The notes beneath the pieces were generated by a model that was not told where the DNA came from, did not search any database, and worked only from the letters and a program-made list of their open reading frames with translations. Made by a program: the position numbers and the translations under genes. A stretch of DNA of 43,533 nucleotides, the filler included, from Catajapyx aquilonaris (lineage: Eukaryota): the NCBI GenBank assembly GCA_000934665.2. It is 2 parts of 2 records of this genome, joined end to end, with 100 filler letters (N's around TTAATTAATTAA, not from the genome) between each part and the next. Parts side by side here need not be neighbours in the genome. Positions count along the whole stretch, not along the records: positions 1 to 21,684 come from KZ539454.1; 1 more part is not named here. One strand, 5' to 3'. Every line of letters begins with the position of its first letter. The first letter of the stretch is position 1. Positions 1-11,747 of this stretch are shown here, in pieces.

Positions 1-307
1 CTCAAAAACCATGCCAACAACACGGGTGGGATAGGGGTTTTACCCAACCAACATGGCGGCCGCCTTTGTTGTGATGACGTAGCGTTAAAAGGCTCATATA
101 GTAAACCCCTTCCTGTAACCCAAGGCCCCATCTTATTTTCAATTCTCTATTACCTCATTCATAACCAAGAATGCCTCCTGTAATCCATTTCTAGTAGCCA
201 CAAGATTGATTTTGACTTTGCTTTGAGTTCTCGTGGTGTTGCGTCATGCTTACGTATGTGAACGAATTGCTCCTGAACTTACTCTATAAAGAGTGTTATT
301 GTTACAG

Positions 308-434
308 AAACAATGGTGATGTACCACTGTGGAGGCCAACAGATACCATACTTTGCGGTGGACATGTCAACTCCATTGCCTTTGCAAAGGATGACAACCA
401 CATTGTTGTGGCAGTTGGAGAAGCTCCTGTGAAG
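308..434 (+). CDS. Apaf1: Apaf-1/Ark-like WD40 protein, internal exon (first visible)
   Basis: ttacag|...|gtaact; encodes NNGDVPLWRPTDTILCGGHVNSIAFAKDDNHIVVAVGEAPVK (WD40 blade); ends in phase 0, matching the next exon. Confidence 0.75.
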
Positions 435-1063
435 GTAACTTTTATTATTTCTTTTGTGCAAGCATTCACTGTTCTTCCAATGACAATGGATGTCAGCATG
501 GGCCTGCCAGGTAATGCAGCGACCAGAATTACATGGAAACAAGATGCCAGGTGTCATGCTGATATTTGAACTGATGTTATAAGGATATAAGCAATATAAA
601 AAGGAGAGAAATGAGCCTGCTGCTGTCCTGGTGAACAGCTGAACTGGCATGCCCCATGCTAGGCAGCTCAATTGATGATGGTGGAAGAGGAAATGTTTGA
701 CCATTGAGTGTGGTTGGCCAGAGGGAGGGGGGTTAGGTTGGATTGGGTTCATGTGCACACTGCAAATAATTTATCATGGCTTTGCCCTTCACACCATACC
801 CAACATCCCACCCAAAGGTTGGCTCTCTGGCCAAATACTTCTCCCGTGATAGGGAATAATAAAATTGCCTGGTAGGAGGTGTGTCAATTCAGCTACTGAC
901 TGGGCCAGCAGTAACTTCATTTTTGTCTCTTTGTGACAACCACTGATCACAACCGTGTACGATGTCAGTTAGACAAATATGCTGCTGTGTTGTTTTCAAG
1001 CACCATTCAATGATTAGATCCTGTCTATAATTTATGATGTTTACTGTATTTTACATACATATA

Positions 1064-1200
1064 CAGGGTGCTTCTTATTCTTACTAGCATGGTCAATAAC
1101 AGTCAGCGTATTCCTTGAGCCAAAAAACAAGTTGAAAATGTAGGGGGAAGAAATGTCGAGGGACCAACTGTTAATGAGGTTGATGACCACTCACTGGGGG
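1064..1200. mobile_element. Left arm of a TA|CAGGGTG Tc1/mariner-type MITE (family A)
   Basis: TA+CAGGGTGCTTCTT terminus; aaatgtaggggXagaaatgtcgagggacca motif shared with 16282-16400 and 17153-17676. Confidence 0.55.
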
Positions 1201-1340
1201 ATGATAGAGAGGTTCTTGGCAATCATTTTGAGTATAGGTGTCATTGGTATTCAGAGACTAGTTACCAAGATAATGGGCTTCAAACACAAGGTACAAAATA
1301 GCCTGTCAGGTTTGTGTGTCTTGGCACCCCCTCACCTTTT

Positions 1341-2222
1341 TTCATGCACGTAGATTTTTTTTAACATGTCACAGGATAATGAGGATGAAATCAATTGAAA
1401 GCCTGAAATGTCCTCTTCACAACCATACATTTACTTTTTTACATAACGACCACTAACAGCAGTAGTCTTGCACAAACAATGTACTAGTTTTTTCCTCCTG
1501 TCGGCATACAACTCTGGGCTGTGAGAGAGGCACCAAGTGCAAACTGCAGCCTCAACTTCTGCATTGGAACTGTACCGTGTACCGATTGCCCTTCAGGTGT
1601 GGCTTCATTTTTGGAGAAAGAAAGAAGTCACAGGCACAAGATATGGGCTGTTATGCCTCATGGGGAATTACGGGGAAATTGAGTCTTTGGATAGCATCTG
1701 AACTTCTGCAGTGTGATTGCGTGTTTGTGATCAAGCATTGTTGTGGTGATTAATGACATCCTTTCCTGGGCGCATACTGTTCATGTGTGCCTAAAACATC
1801 CACAGGGTGTCCACATGCACCTCAGAATCCACAGTTTTATGACTGATGAGGAACTCAACATGGCACGATACCTTCTCCAGAGACTCAAATTCCATTGCAC
1901 TTCCTCATCCGCCGTTTGCTGCCCAGTTCTTGTGCCGTGTGACTTATTTCTTTCTCCAGAAATGAAGACACACCTGAAGGGAAATTGGTACAGCTCTAAT
2001 GCAGAAGTTGAGACTGCTGTTCGCGCTTGGTGCCCCTCCCTCAGCCCAGAGTTGTATGCCGACCGGAGGAAAAAAACTAGTACATCGTTTGCGCAAGTGT
2101 ATTGCTGTTGGTGGTGGTTATGTAGAAAAGTAAATATGTGGTGTTGAAGAGGACATTTCAGGCTTTCATTTGATGTCACTCTCATTGTCCTGTGACATGT
2201 ATTAAAAATTCTCTGTGCATGG
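1341..2222. mobile_element. Palindromic mariner derivative (inverted duplication of the transposase 3' end)
   Basis: Arms ~1341-1700 and ~1878-2222 are reverse complements; + arm encodes PVLVPCDLFLSPEMKTHLKG..VETAVRAW...RKCIAVGGGYVEK*; minus strand 1870-1640 gives a decayed VEFL..TVDSEVHVDTL..HHNNA mariner DDD region. Confidence 0.8.
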
Positions 2223-2934
2223 AGGCAAAATTTACACTGGGTAACAGGGAAATGTAACAGGGAAATACAGCAGTTTTTCCCAATCAAGTGGGCCTAAATG
2301 TTGCTACACCATCTCGGATTTTTCTGAAAATAATCACAGCTGTACACACCTATGCCGTAACACTGCATATCAAGTTTCAGCCAAATCGCGAAATTTTGAA
2401 AATGGGACCTTTTTTGGATAATTTTTTTCAGTTATTGGAAGTGGTCAAAACCCAATCAACATATATACATCAAATGAAAGAGAAACGCGAGTAGAATACG
2501 CCTATGGAATTTGCTTTTCTGGAAAATGCACTCAGAAAAACACGTGTGGCATTTCATCAGTCCAGTGCCGGATCCGCGAATTTCGGAGGGGGGGCAGAAA
2601 CCTTTCCTGCCACCCCCCACCCCCACCCCCGCATTTTGAAAGTTTGGTTTCATTTCTCTGGCATGGATCTTCTGTACTTCAGGTAGTCGTGCATACAGAC
2701 TTTCCTTTTTTTGTAGGGGGGGGGGGGTTGGTAGGTGAGGAAGCCCGCCCTTGTACACACCCTTGTAGAGTGCTCCTCTGGTGCCCGTGACTAAAATTGT
2801 ATAGGTTTGTCTGAAACAATTTAAAACATCTGTACACTGGCATGATGCTGCTGGCTCATTAGCACAATTAGCTGTTTTATGCATATGATTGAGAACATTA
2901 CATGTACAGTACTGTTATTCCTTTGTCTTTGAAG

Positions 2935-3348
2935 CTATATGAGGTGGAATCTGGCAGGCCCCAGCACACATTCCGTGGTCACACATCGGCTGTCAATTGT
3001 GTGACTGTAACTCCTGATGGTGAATACCTCCTGACTGCTTCAGAGGATGGGACAGTTAAAGTTTGGCATCTGGGACTGGTTCTCATGCGACTGGAAGGAG
3101 GGAGCAATGGGGACAGCCAAGGAGATGCCCATGGGAGCAGCTTACTGACACTAGAGGAGGTTCATCGGACACCATCCCCTTGTGCAATGCAGGACAGCTG
3201 GCATGACTTGTTTTTTACTAGAAGAGGAGCTGGCAGCAGAGAGGACACAAGCCAGGTCACCTTTGATGAACATAAGGGAGCCGTGAATTGGGTTACATGT
3301 TCAAGTGGCCATGAAGTCGCTTCTGCAGGAAAGGATGGGACTGCCAGG
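2935..3348 (+). CDS. Apaf1: Apaf-1/Ark-like WD40 protein exon
   Basis: ttgaag|...|gtgagt; LYEVESGRPQHTFRGHTSAVNCVTVTPDGEYLLTASEDGTVKVWHL...VASAGKDGTAR, canonical GH..WD40 repeats. Confidence 0.88.
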
Positions 3349-3441
3349 GTGAGTCTGGTCTGTTGTTGGTAAGCAGTGTGGAGGCTAAAAGTCAAATAAT
3401 AATTATTGAACAAGCACAAACTTGTGCATTGTGTGCATTAA

Positions 3442-4289
3442 CCCTAATAAGACGGGCGTATCATATGCTGATACGGTGGCTTTAAAAATTCTGCTGGCAA
3501 AACTATAGCATTTTCCCACTATGTAACGTGGTTTCTGTGTGGCTTTTTAAATTTTCTCTCGCGTAAAAAATCGCGAGTTTTGGACTACAAAATCTTGCAT
3601 AAATAAACCGGATTAACCAGATTAACTTGAATGAAATTATCTTCTTGCGGCCGCTGAAAAAAAAACTTCGAAAAAGAAAAAGAAGTCCGACCTTGCCGGC
3701 AAATATTTACATAGTTGCCCCCAAACCCCCTCAAGAGATTCCACCCTAAAATTAGTGCAAACGATAATTCAATAGCTTTAAAATAAATAAATAATGTTGT
3801 AAATGCCAATTAGCTGCTGGCAGGCGACTGCGCAACTCCCGGCCGGCCTCCGTCAGGACGGAGGGGCGCACGCCCCGCGGGGTTTTTGAACAGCTGTGGC
3901 GCAAGGGATGTTTACACTTGGGAGGGCTTGTGTGTTTATCACAGCAGCTCGCCTAGCAGGTCTGTGACGTAATTCATGCCATGTGCTTATGCACTGCTTT
4001 GTTCAGCTATGCCAAGGCTACATACCAATACACTTTTTGTCAAGCAGGCAGAATGAAAAAAAATTGGAGTAGGCGCGAAACATACCCCTGCGCCACCTTG
4101 TTAGGCATTTAAGAATTTCCACTGCGTATGGTATGAGAGGAGGGTCACATAGATGGCCTCAGGATCAGGCCTGGACACTATACGAACTTATTCACTAGCG
4201 TATTTACGTCTCATCCCCCAAGTGACAAAGCAAGCGATTTTTTTTGTAGATCCTTGCAAAACCGCGAAAAACCACCCGTCTTATTAGGA
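3442..4289. mobile_element. Non-autonomous piggyBac-like element
   Basis: TTAA TSDs (3438-3441, 4290-4293); TIRs CCCTAATAAGACGGG / CCCGTCTTATTAGGA. Confidence 0.8.
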
Positions 4290-4388
4290 TTAAGATTTTC
4301 AGTATCACTGTAAGAAATGGGGTGGGGTACAGTGACACATGTTGGAAATTGTTATCATGGATCACCATTCCAAATCTTACTTGAACTA

Positions 4389-5769
4389 CAGGGTGGACGG
4401 AAAGTTTCGGACCTCCTCTCTCTCTCTCTCTCTCTCTCCCCCCCCCCCCNCCCCCTCTTAGTTTTTGAACCCTACATTTCACGGCGTCTGTCCACATCTT
4501 TAAAATGCCCAAATGCAGTTCTGGTGTATACTATGTTTTGCAGCATAATCTTGACAACATTTGTGCAGCTTCGCCTGCTCTATTCTTTAATAACTGCGCC
4601 TGTGTGAGTCATTATTACATCCAGTCTGCTTTGTGCTTATTTTGCTTGTTGCCTTGGAGGACACTGGTCATATTCTGCTGCAGGTAAGGCTTTCATGACC
4701 ACTTTTTGATGAGATCCCCTCCATTCGAATATTGAAAATTCACTCCTGGCATTATTTTTAGGATTGGTCTATAACCTGGTCCAATAAATATATGAAAAGG
4801 CATGCCTTAAATTGCAGACCCAGGCTCCTTACTTTCTGACCCTCACATTGGCATGATTGGTACCCCTAATTTTTGCTCTAACAGTTCTACCCGGGTAAAT
4901 TAATCAGCACCACACATTTCCACATTCAGAATGTCTCCTCCGAGGACACACATTCTGTACTCATTTGAAGGCAGAGGGATTTTTTGTGATGACACTGCTC
5001 AAGGAAGATTGAAACGTGCACAACTGCACATATCCTCTTCACAGATGAAAGTCCCATGGAACTTTATCCCCACCCAAATAGGCAAAACAGGCGAAGCAGA
5101 ACAAAAGATGCCAACTGCCAAGCTTATTCCAGTCGTCTGTGTGCCCAAATTCCCCTAAAGATCATGGTCGCAGGTGGGATATCTCGTTATGGAAAAATAT
5201 AGCTTAATATCGTTGAAGAAGGGGCCACTGTGAATGACGATTACTACAGGGAAAGGATTCTCCCACTTTATGCTGCATCACTAAATGACAAAACGCAGTT
5301 TCCGAAGCAAGATCTGGCAATCCTCATGCAAGACAGAGCCAAAGGTCGCACTGCAAGAGGCACTATTGCCAGGATAAAGGAGCCTGCAGGAAAGGTTTAG
5401 GAACATTGGCCTGGGAACTCCCCTGACATGAATTCGCACTTGAATTGGATTGAGAATGTTTGGGCCACATTGCAGGAGTCAATGTTCAAAGAATCTCAGC
5501 CATGCACACAGGAACAGCTCATAGCTCACATCCAAGAAGAGTGGTTGTCCTTAACTCAAGATGATATTGTAAAACTCACTGACAGTTTTGGGCGCAGGGT
5601 GGAGCAGTGTTTGGAAAATGGCGGGAAACATACCAAGTATTGAAAGGCAATTTTGTTAGCTCTTAAATAAAAGTGATTCTGATGTTATATCTGGTCCCAT
5701 GTCTTTTTTTATCACATTTAGAATCCCAAACTGGGGGCGNNNNNNNNNNGAAACTTTCCGTCCACCCTG
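4389..5769 (+). mobile_element. Decayed Tc1-like DDE transposon
   Basis: TA TSDs; TIR CAGGGTGGACGGAAAGTTTC at both ends; broken transposase ILFTDES...KIMVAGGIS...LMQD...WPGNSPD..LNWIENVW...CLENGGKHTKY* (stop at 5643). Confidence 0.88.
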
Positions 5770-5880
5770 TAGTAACACCACATGCAGATCAGAGGTAGTG
5801 CATCGCTCTAGCCTACATTATTTTCACCCTTGTGCCTGTTAGACAACACTATGTCTCACTACGACACATGAGTGAAGGAA

Positions 5881-6078
5881 TCAGAACATGGAAATAGGTA
5901 GACAGCTGCTTATTCCTAGGAAATTTATGAAAGCACAAATGACCATTAGACCTGAACCAACTCTTCTATCTACCTCTCTGTCTATAGTAGCATTTCTTTG
6001 AAGAACATTACCTAAATACATTAACTGGTTAACCTGTTCAACCCATTCTCCTTGTATTTGGAATGTACAAGAATGCAC
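5881..6078 (-). mobile_element. LINE (RTE-like) ORF2 fragment
   Basis: IQGEWVEQVNQLMYLGNVLQRNATIDREVDRRVG resembles the post-RT LEQVDxFKYLG..DxEIxxRI motif. Confidence 0.6.
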
Positions 6079-6283
6079 ATGCCCCTCTCAGAAAGCAAAT
6101 TTATTACCAAATAGCCAATAATTTTGTTTTATATACTCAGAAGGAACTGAAATCCAAGAGAAGGTGCACCAATTTTGTACCACCTTGTGTATACCATTAG
6201 GGGCAGGAGTATACTACCTCTCTTCCCGACATACAGTTGCACTCTTGCACATGTGTAACTTGTTTTTATTTTCTTTTTAAAAG

Positions 6284-6491
6284 ATATGGAGCATGGAGAC
6301 TGGAATCTGCCGCATTGTCCTGCGATGCCATAGAAATGAGGTGACATGCTGCGCCTTCTCCCCAGATAATTCATGCCTAGGGACATGTGGGGAGGACATG
6401 GCTGTTCGTATCTGGAATGCCCAAACTGGCAGCGTACTGTTTGACTTCACCCGGCACACATTAAGAGTCATTGCATTTGCATTTGTGCCCA
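6284..6491 (+). CDS. Apaf1: Apaf-1/Ark-like WD40 protein exon
   Basis: taaaag|...|gtaagt; IWSMETGICRIVLRCHRNEVTCCAFSPDNSCLGTCGEDMAVRIWNAQTG. Confidence 0.88.
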
Positions 6492-6612
6492 GTAAGTTCT
6501 TTCTTATGATGTACATTGTAAAGAGAGTGATGGGTTAAGCTCTGGGGTTAACGTTACATGCCATGGAGATTACTAAAGCAAATGATCAGTAACAGTATTG
6601 ATATTATTTCAG

Positions 6613-6981
6613 GTTCTCTGGAAACACAAGTAGTATCAGCAACTGAGAATCAAGTGTGCCTGTGGTCTGTGCCAGTAGTCTTGACTGGAACTCCCCCTCA
6701 TACCTCTGTCCGTGAGTTCCATCGTGCCAAGAATGCCCTCTACCAGTGCCTCTCTGTCTCCCCTGATGGATGGCTACTGGCTGCAGGAACATCTGATCAT
6801 AGGGTGGTCCTATGGGACCTGGCAACCTTGATGCTTCTCAGGGAGTTGCCATGGCACAATGGGTGGGTCACTTGCTTGGCCTTCTGGAGTGGGGACCGTC
6901 TGCTTCTATCGGGATCAGAGGATGAAACAGTGATGACTTGGGACATCGTTCTGCCAAAGGTGCCGCCATTGGAAGGAGTTG
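6613..6981 (+). CDS. Apaf1: Apaf-1/Ark-like WD40 protein exon
   Basis: tttcag|...|gtgagg; contains LPWHNGWVTCLAFWSGDRLLLSGSEDETVMTWDI, similar to Apaf-1 [30 protein letters not shown]; phase 1 at both ends. Confidence 0.85.
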
Positions 6982-7066
6982 GTGAGGCTGGTTGATTTAG
7001 AAGATATTCACTATGTGGTACAGAGCTGCATGTTTGTGCTAGAGATTTAGTGTTGAAATGTATATA

Positions 7067-7637
7067 CGTGGGTTAATTCATGGCGTATATTTTTTTACTC
7101 AAAACCACTACAAGATACAAAGATGACCTTTGCTGAGTTTTGAAGCCCCGGCAATTACAGTTTGATGTGGCATGTAGATGTTGCCCATATCGCGAGGGAG
7201 GCAGGGAAACAAAAGTGGATCGTGACCCCCCCCCCCCCCCCCCCCNCCCCCCCCCTCCTCCCAGAGAATCCTTTCCCTTCCATTAGTACCCCAAATTATC
7301 AACTTTTGGACGGAATGTGTGAAAAAAGGTTGAATCCCGAACACACAGATGGGTGATTTATGGCCCAATTTGCCAACTTCCGCCCTTTTTCGTCCGAGAG
7401 GTGGGACTGGAGGAGCGAAATTTATATGCGAACCGAAACCGAAAATTCTTTCGTTAAAAGAGGATAACGGTAACAAATTTTCTTTCGTTATAAGTGGATT
7501 TTCGTTATATCCGGATTCGTTATAGAGGGATTCGAATGTATAATCGCCGGAGATTCAAACTCAGCAAAGGTCATCTCTGTATGTGTTACGGTTTTTTAAT
7601 TTAAAAATACCGGCCATGACCTATGAATCAACGCACG
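7067..7637. mobile_element. Palindromic MITE carrying a nested pogo/Tigger-like insert (7158-7538)
   Basis: Outer arms gatgacctttgctgagttttgaa / ttcaaactcagcaaaggtcatc with TA flanks; the insert sits at the central TA and ends in TTCGTTATAGAGGGATTCGAATG|TA. Confidence 0.65.
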
Positions 7638-8297
7638 TATCATACTCAGCAGCAGTGGTTCCCTAAGTGTGATCTATGGTTCACCATTGTGCTGCAAAAT
7701 GATCAAAAATTTAGGGCAGCATGGTAGTGTAGTGACACTGGCAGCCCAAGACTGGTGTTGGAGTAGAAAAGATCGTTCCAAATAATATCCATAATCCTCC
7801 CTTAATTTTCCTTGGTGAACTGGTTACACTGCTCAAATTCCCCAATACTTGCTGGAGCATGGAATGTGATGCATAGGCCTCCACACCCACAGAATTGAAC
7901 AAAGTAAATAGTCACAGATAGCTTTTCAATAAAATCATGAATTAGTAATTTCTAATGCTATTTACGGCTATTTCAAACATTTCGGGGGGGGGGGGGGGGN
8001 GGGGCAACCCGCCTGGGCCCCCCTCCCCCCTGCATACGCCGCTAAGGATAATTCTTCACTCCCACGGGAAAGCAGGTAGTGCTCCCGACACTCTTTGACT
8101 CCCTTTTCCGATGAGGAATTGCTTACTATTAAGCATTTAAGCCTGGAGCTGGAGGTTCGTCAGTATCGTCACAAGTAGTAAATTTAAAATTTTAATAATA
8201 AAATAAAATATTTTAAACTTTGGGGGGGGGGGGCTGTCAGGGGGCTATCGCACCCTGCGCACCCCTATAAATCTGGCACTGTTTGCAATTATTGCAG

Positions 8298-8848
8298 GTG
8301 CTGCGGCTGCCAATAATGACATGGACATTATGCCACCGCCTACCCTGATGAAAAGGACATCTTCAACTGGTGCCAACATGGCTTTCATCCCCCCACCATC
8401 AGGGCTTGCCAACAAGCAGGCCAACTTTCATGCCCGCTTTGTTGGCAATCAGTGCTGGGCTGCATTTCCAGATGACCGTGGTCGAATTGAGATCAGAGTT
8501 GAGAATCAGTCATGGGCCAGCCGACCAATGGGTTCGTCTGTCCTATCCTGCTGCCTCTCCCACCAGAGAGATTCATTGGCAGTGGGGCTTGGCGATGGCA
8601 GTGTGATGGCATTCAGTTGGCAGACAGATGTATATAAGGTGCTTGGAAGACACAGGACTGGTGTGCATTTTGTGGCATACAGTTCTACTGACTCGCACCT
8701 GGTGTCACTAGCAGATGGTGGATCCATCATGGTGACTCGGTCAGTTGGAGATGTGTTCAGGTGGAAGCATGAAGCGAAGGTGATGACCAGCTTTTTCAGC
8801 GAAGCAGAACAGAATCTCGTGTCATGCTGCGAGAATGGAGACATTTTG
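8298..8848 (+). CDS. Apaf1: Apaf-1/Ark-like WD40 protein exon
   Basis: ttgcag|...|gtacgt; SSVLSCCLSHQRDSLAVGLGDGSV resembles Apaf-1 QVSCCCLSPHLQYIAFGDENG. Confidence 0.85.
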
Positions 8849-8991
8849 GTACGTGATGTCGTAGTACAGGTTTGTTAACAAAGTAATGCAAATAAGTATT
8901 GAAAACAACTGTGATTATGGTAACTTGATTAAAATCACTGTGATATATTATGTAACTTTTTTCATTGATTATGGCCTCTCTTCCCCTGTAG

Positions 8992-9258
8992 ATTCATGAT
9001 CTCTCCAGTGGACAACTCATATCATGCACAAATCCACCATGGCAGCAAGTGTGTGATCCTCCCTTTGTGATATCATGTGATTACCTGCCTGTGGCCAATC
9101 TATTGTGCATGGGTGACACCCAGGGAACTGTCACCTCTGTTGATCTAAATGTCATAACATTTATCCCGCGCTCCCACTGCAAGAGTGTCGCCAGATGCTG
9201 CAAGTTCTCACCACATGGTCGTCTTCTGGCAGTTGGACATGACAATGGACTTGTGATG
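8992..9258 (+). CDS. Apaf1: Apaf-1/Ark-like WD40 protein exon
   Basis: ctgtag|...|gtatgt; ends HCKSVARCCKFSPHGRLLAVGHDNGLVM (cf. Apaf-1 HNGCVRCSAFS..LLATGDDNGEI). Confidence 0.85.
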
Positions 9259-9625
9259 GTATGTTTTCAAGTGTAGAGGTTTGAAAGATTCTAGGTGCTG
9301 TTGGATTTTGATCATATAACCCCCACCCTGCTGAAACCAATGCTGTGTGTTGTCAGAGGCTGATAAAATGCAGAGTATTTTTTGACATGGAATTAGGCCA
9401 GTAAATGTGGCACCCAAAGTACAGAATAACCTTTCCCTGTGCAGTATTTTTAAAGAACAAAGACTAAGTGATTATTGCAGCCTTTTGTCATCATGAGACT
9501 CTAGGGAGACTAATGCCCATAATGTAAGAACTAGGACCAAGTGTCACTTATGAAGCACCCTCCCCAGTTAATTAAAACAATTGAGGCCCTCATCAAAGTA
9601 TTTTAAAAAGTCACTCTTGGCTCTA

Positions 9626-9684
9626 CAGGGTGAAGGAAAACTCGTGGACAATCACCAGGTAGATGGATAGTACTAGCAAAACTA

Positions 9685-9729
<45 letters not shown>

Positions 9730-10397
9730 ATACCCCGTGATAAGCCTCCTTGGGCTTTTTAGGGGATCATCTTTTAATTCACCGACTTTTATCATTTGCC
9801 TGTAATGTGATGGATTTTGATAGTGGGAGGAAACAGGAGAACCCCGAGAAAACCAATGCAAACACAGAGAGAACCCATCGAAACTCTATCCACATAAGTA
9901 TCCTCTGCCCGATCCGGGGATCAAACTCGGGACCTTAGAGGTGGAAGGCTGCGGTGCTAACCACTCCCCCACCGTGTCGCTCTGCAAAACTAATATACGG
10001 ATGTGCAATAATTAGTTTTTGACGCCGTTGCATAATTATTAATGCGTATGGCGCCTTTCAAGTGTAGAGGGACGGATGGTAAAATATGAGGTAAAAACAA
10101 CAAAGTGCACGGGTGTTGTACCCGGATTCTTACTCTGATAAGATTTGATCACCTATTGCACATGGATTATGTGTTAGGGGACCAAGGCTGGATTGTTCAA
10201 AGGCCCTTGAGCTGGCTTTTGCTTCTTTGAATCTGGCGGAACGGAATCTGATGGATGTGACGCCACGAAACTTTGACGGCACCGTATATGCATTATCTAT
10301 GCAACGGTGCCCACAACTAATTGCACATCACTATATTAGTTTTACAGGTATACCATCTGTCTACCTGGCAATTGTCCACGAGTTTCTCTTCACCCTG
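9626..10397. mobile_element. Tc1/mariner-type MITE family B, interrupted by a SINE
   Basis: TA TSD; TIR CAGGGTGAAGGAAAACTCGTGGACAAT; second copy at 13143-13549. Confidence 0.85.
9689..9983 (-). mobile_element. tRNA-derived V-SINE-like element
   Basis: Minus strand: tRNA-like head (GAGTGGTTAGCACC..GAGTTTGATCCCC); V-domain-like GTTCTCTCTGTGTTTGCATTGGTTTTCTCGGGGTTCTCCTGTTTCCTCCCAC; (ATT)n tail; TSD GCAAAACTAATAT at 9676 and 9984. Confidence 0.8.
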
Positions 10398-10401
10398 TAT
10401 A

Positions 10402-10989
10402 CAGGGTGGTCGGTAAATGGGGCCCGATCTTCTTGTAGCTAGATTCCTTGTGAAAAACCAGTATAGGGAAGTGAAGGTCTGAATGACTTACAATGCGTGG
10501 TTGTAGCTCATGAGGCCTCCGAAAGTTGGAACCAAATCATGATGTCACATCCGCCTGTACCATTCAAACACTACCATATCGCTACTGTATGCAGTTCCTG
10601 AAGCAAGCAAGCGATTCCGACCATCTGACCGTGATTCTGACAGTGGACAATACAGGCAGTGGAGGTAGTTGCAGGAGTTGCTAGAACATGTAGTACTACT
10701 GTACAAGAGCTCCATGGTCAAGTTGCGCCTCACCATTCATTCTGTTTGTCCCATTCGATCCTACATACATTGGCAATCGGTGTCACTGCATACCACCTGC
10801 ATACAGTAGCGATATTGCAGCGTTTGAATGGTGCATGAGGATGTGATGTCATGATTTGGTTCCAACTTTCGAAGGCCTTGTGAGCGATAACCACGCATTG
10901 TAGGACACTCGGACCTTCACTTCCCTGTACTGGTTTTTCACAAGGAATCTCGCTACGAGAAGATCGGGCGCCATTTTCTGACCACCCTG
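10402..10989. mobile_element. Palindromic MITE family C
   Basis: TIR CAGGGTGGTC..AAATGG; ~190-bp inverted arms; TA flanks; abuts MITE B across TATA; homolog at 42441-42853. Confidence 0.85.
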
Positions 10990-11747
10990 TATTGTCGACA
11001 TGAATGGACCTTGATCCACATGTACTCTTGAGATATATTAATATATATTGCTCTGCTTTCTCAACCTCTTCCACATCAGAAAAATATATGTGGCAGTGAG
11101 ACTGTCCCATGCCACCTGCATCTTATGGCATGTTCCATGTGCCACTTGGTTCCTTCTGAAGCCATTATATGAATCGTAGTCCATTTATAATCACAGCCTG
11201 CCATCCCACTGCAACTCCGTTTTTTTCATATAGGTTTCCCCATTAGATCCCCATGACCTTAGAGCGGCATATCAGTAGTTAGGTGGGTTGCCGCTTCGCT
11301 TTAGTTTCAGCGCTTGTCCCGTTCCTTCAGTTACTTTAAGCCCCAGTCGGCACACAGTGAATCTGGTGGCAGAACACTGCGGACCAAGACTCCCAATCTG
11401 CCAATTCAAATCTAGTAGGCATGGTCCGTTCGTTCGTTCGTTCGTTCGTTTCCAGGGCCTGTTCGCACTCTATGGTAAGCTTTGTTCGTGGGGAAGTGAT
11501 AGCTATCAAAAGCCATAGAATTTATCCCCCTGCATTATTTGCAATATTTCTCGGATGAGCAGGAAAAAGCATAAGTCAAACAATTATTTTTTTGACTTAT
11601 GCTCTTTTTCCCGCGCATCTGAGATTTGTGTGCAGCTTTATTTGCATGCAATCCAACTTTACATTTTAGAGTGAGGGTTGTCTTCCTCAATAAATAGACA
11701 TGTATATCAGGGTAAAATAGCAATTAAGATCTTTCTCCTTTGCAAAG

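Noticed and set aside
279..758. 159-aa minus-strand ORF and similar antisense ORFs (3162-3419, 8506-8844)
   Set aside because: Shadows of Apaf-1 exons with no domain features
7226..8233. Poly-C/poly-G tracts as G-quadruplex elements
   Set aside because: They recur inside repeats throughout the window and often contain N, so their lengths are unreliable
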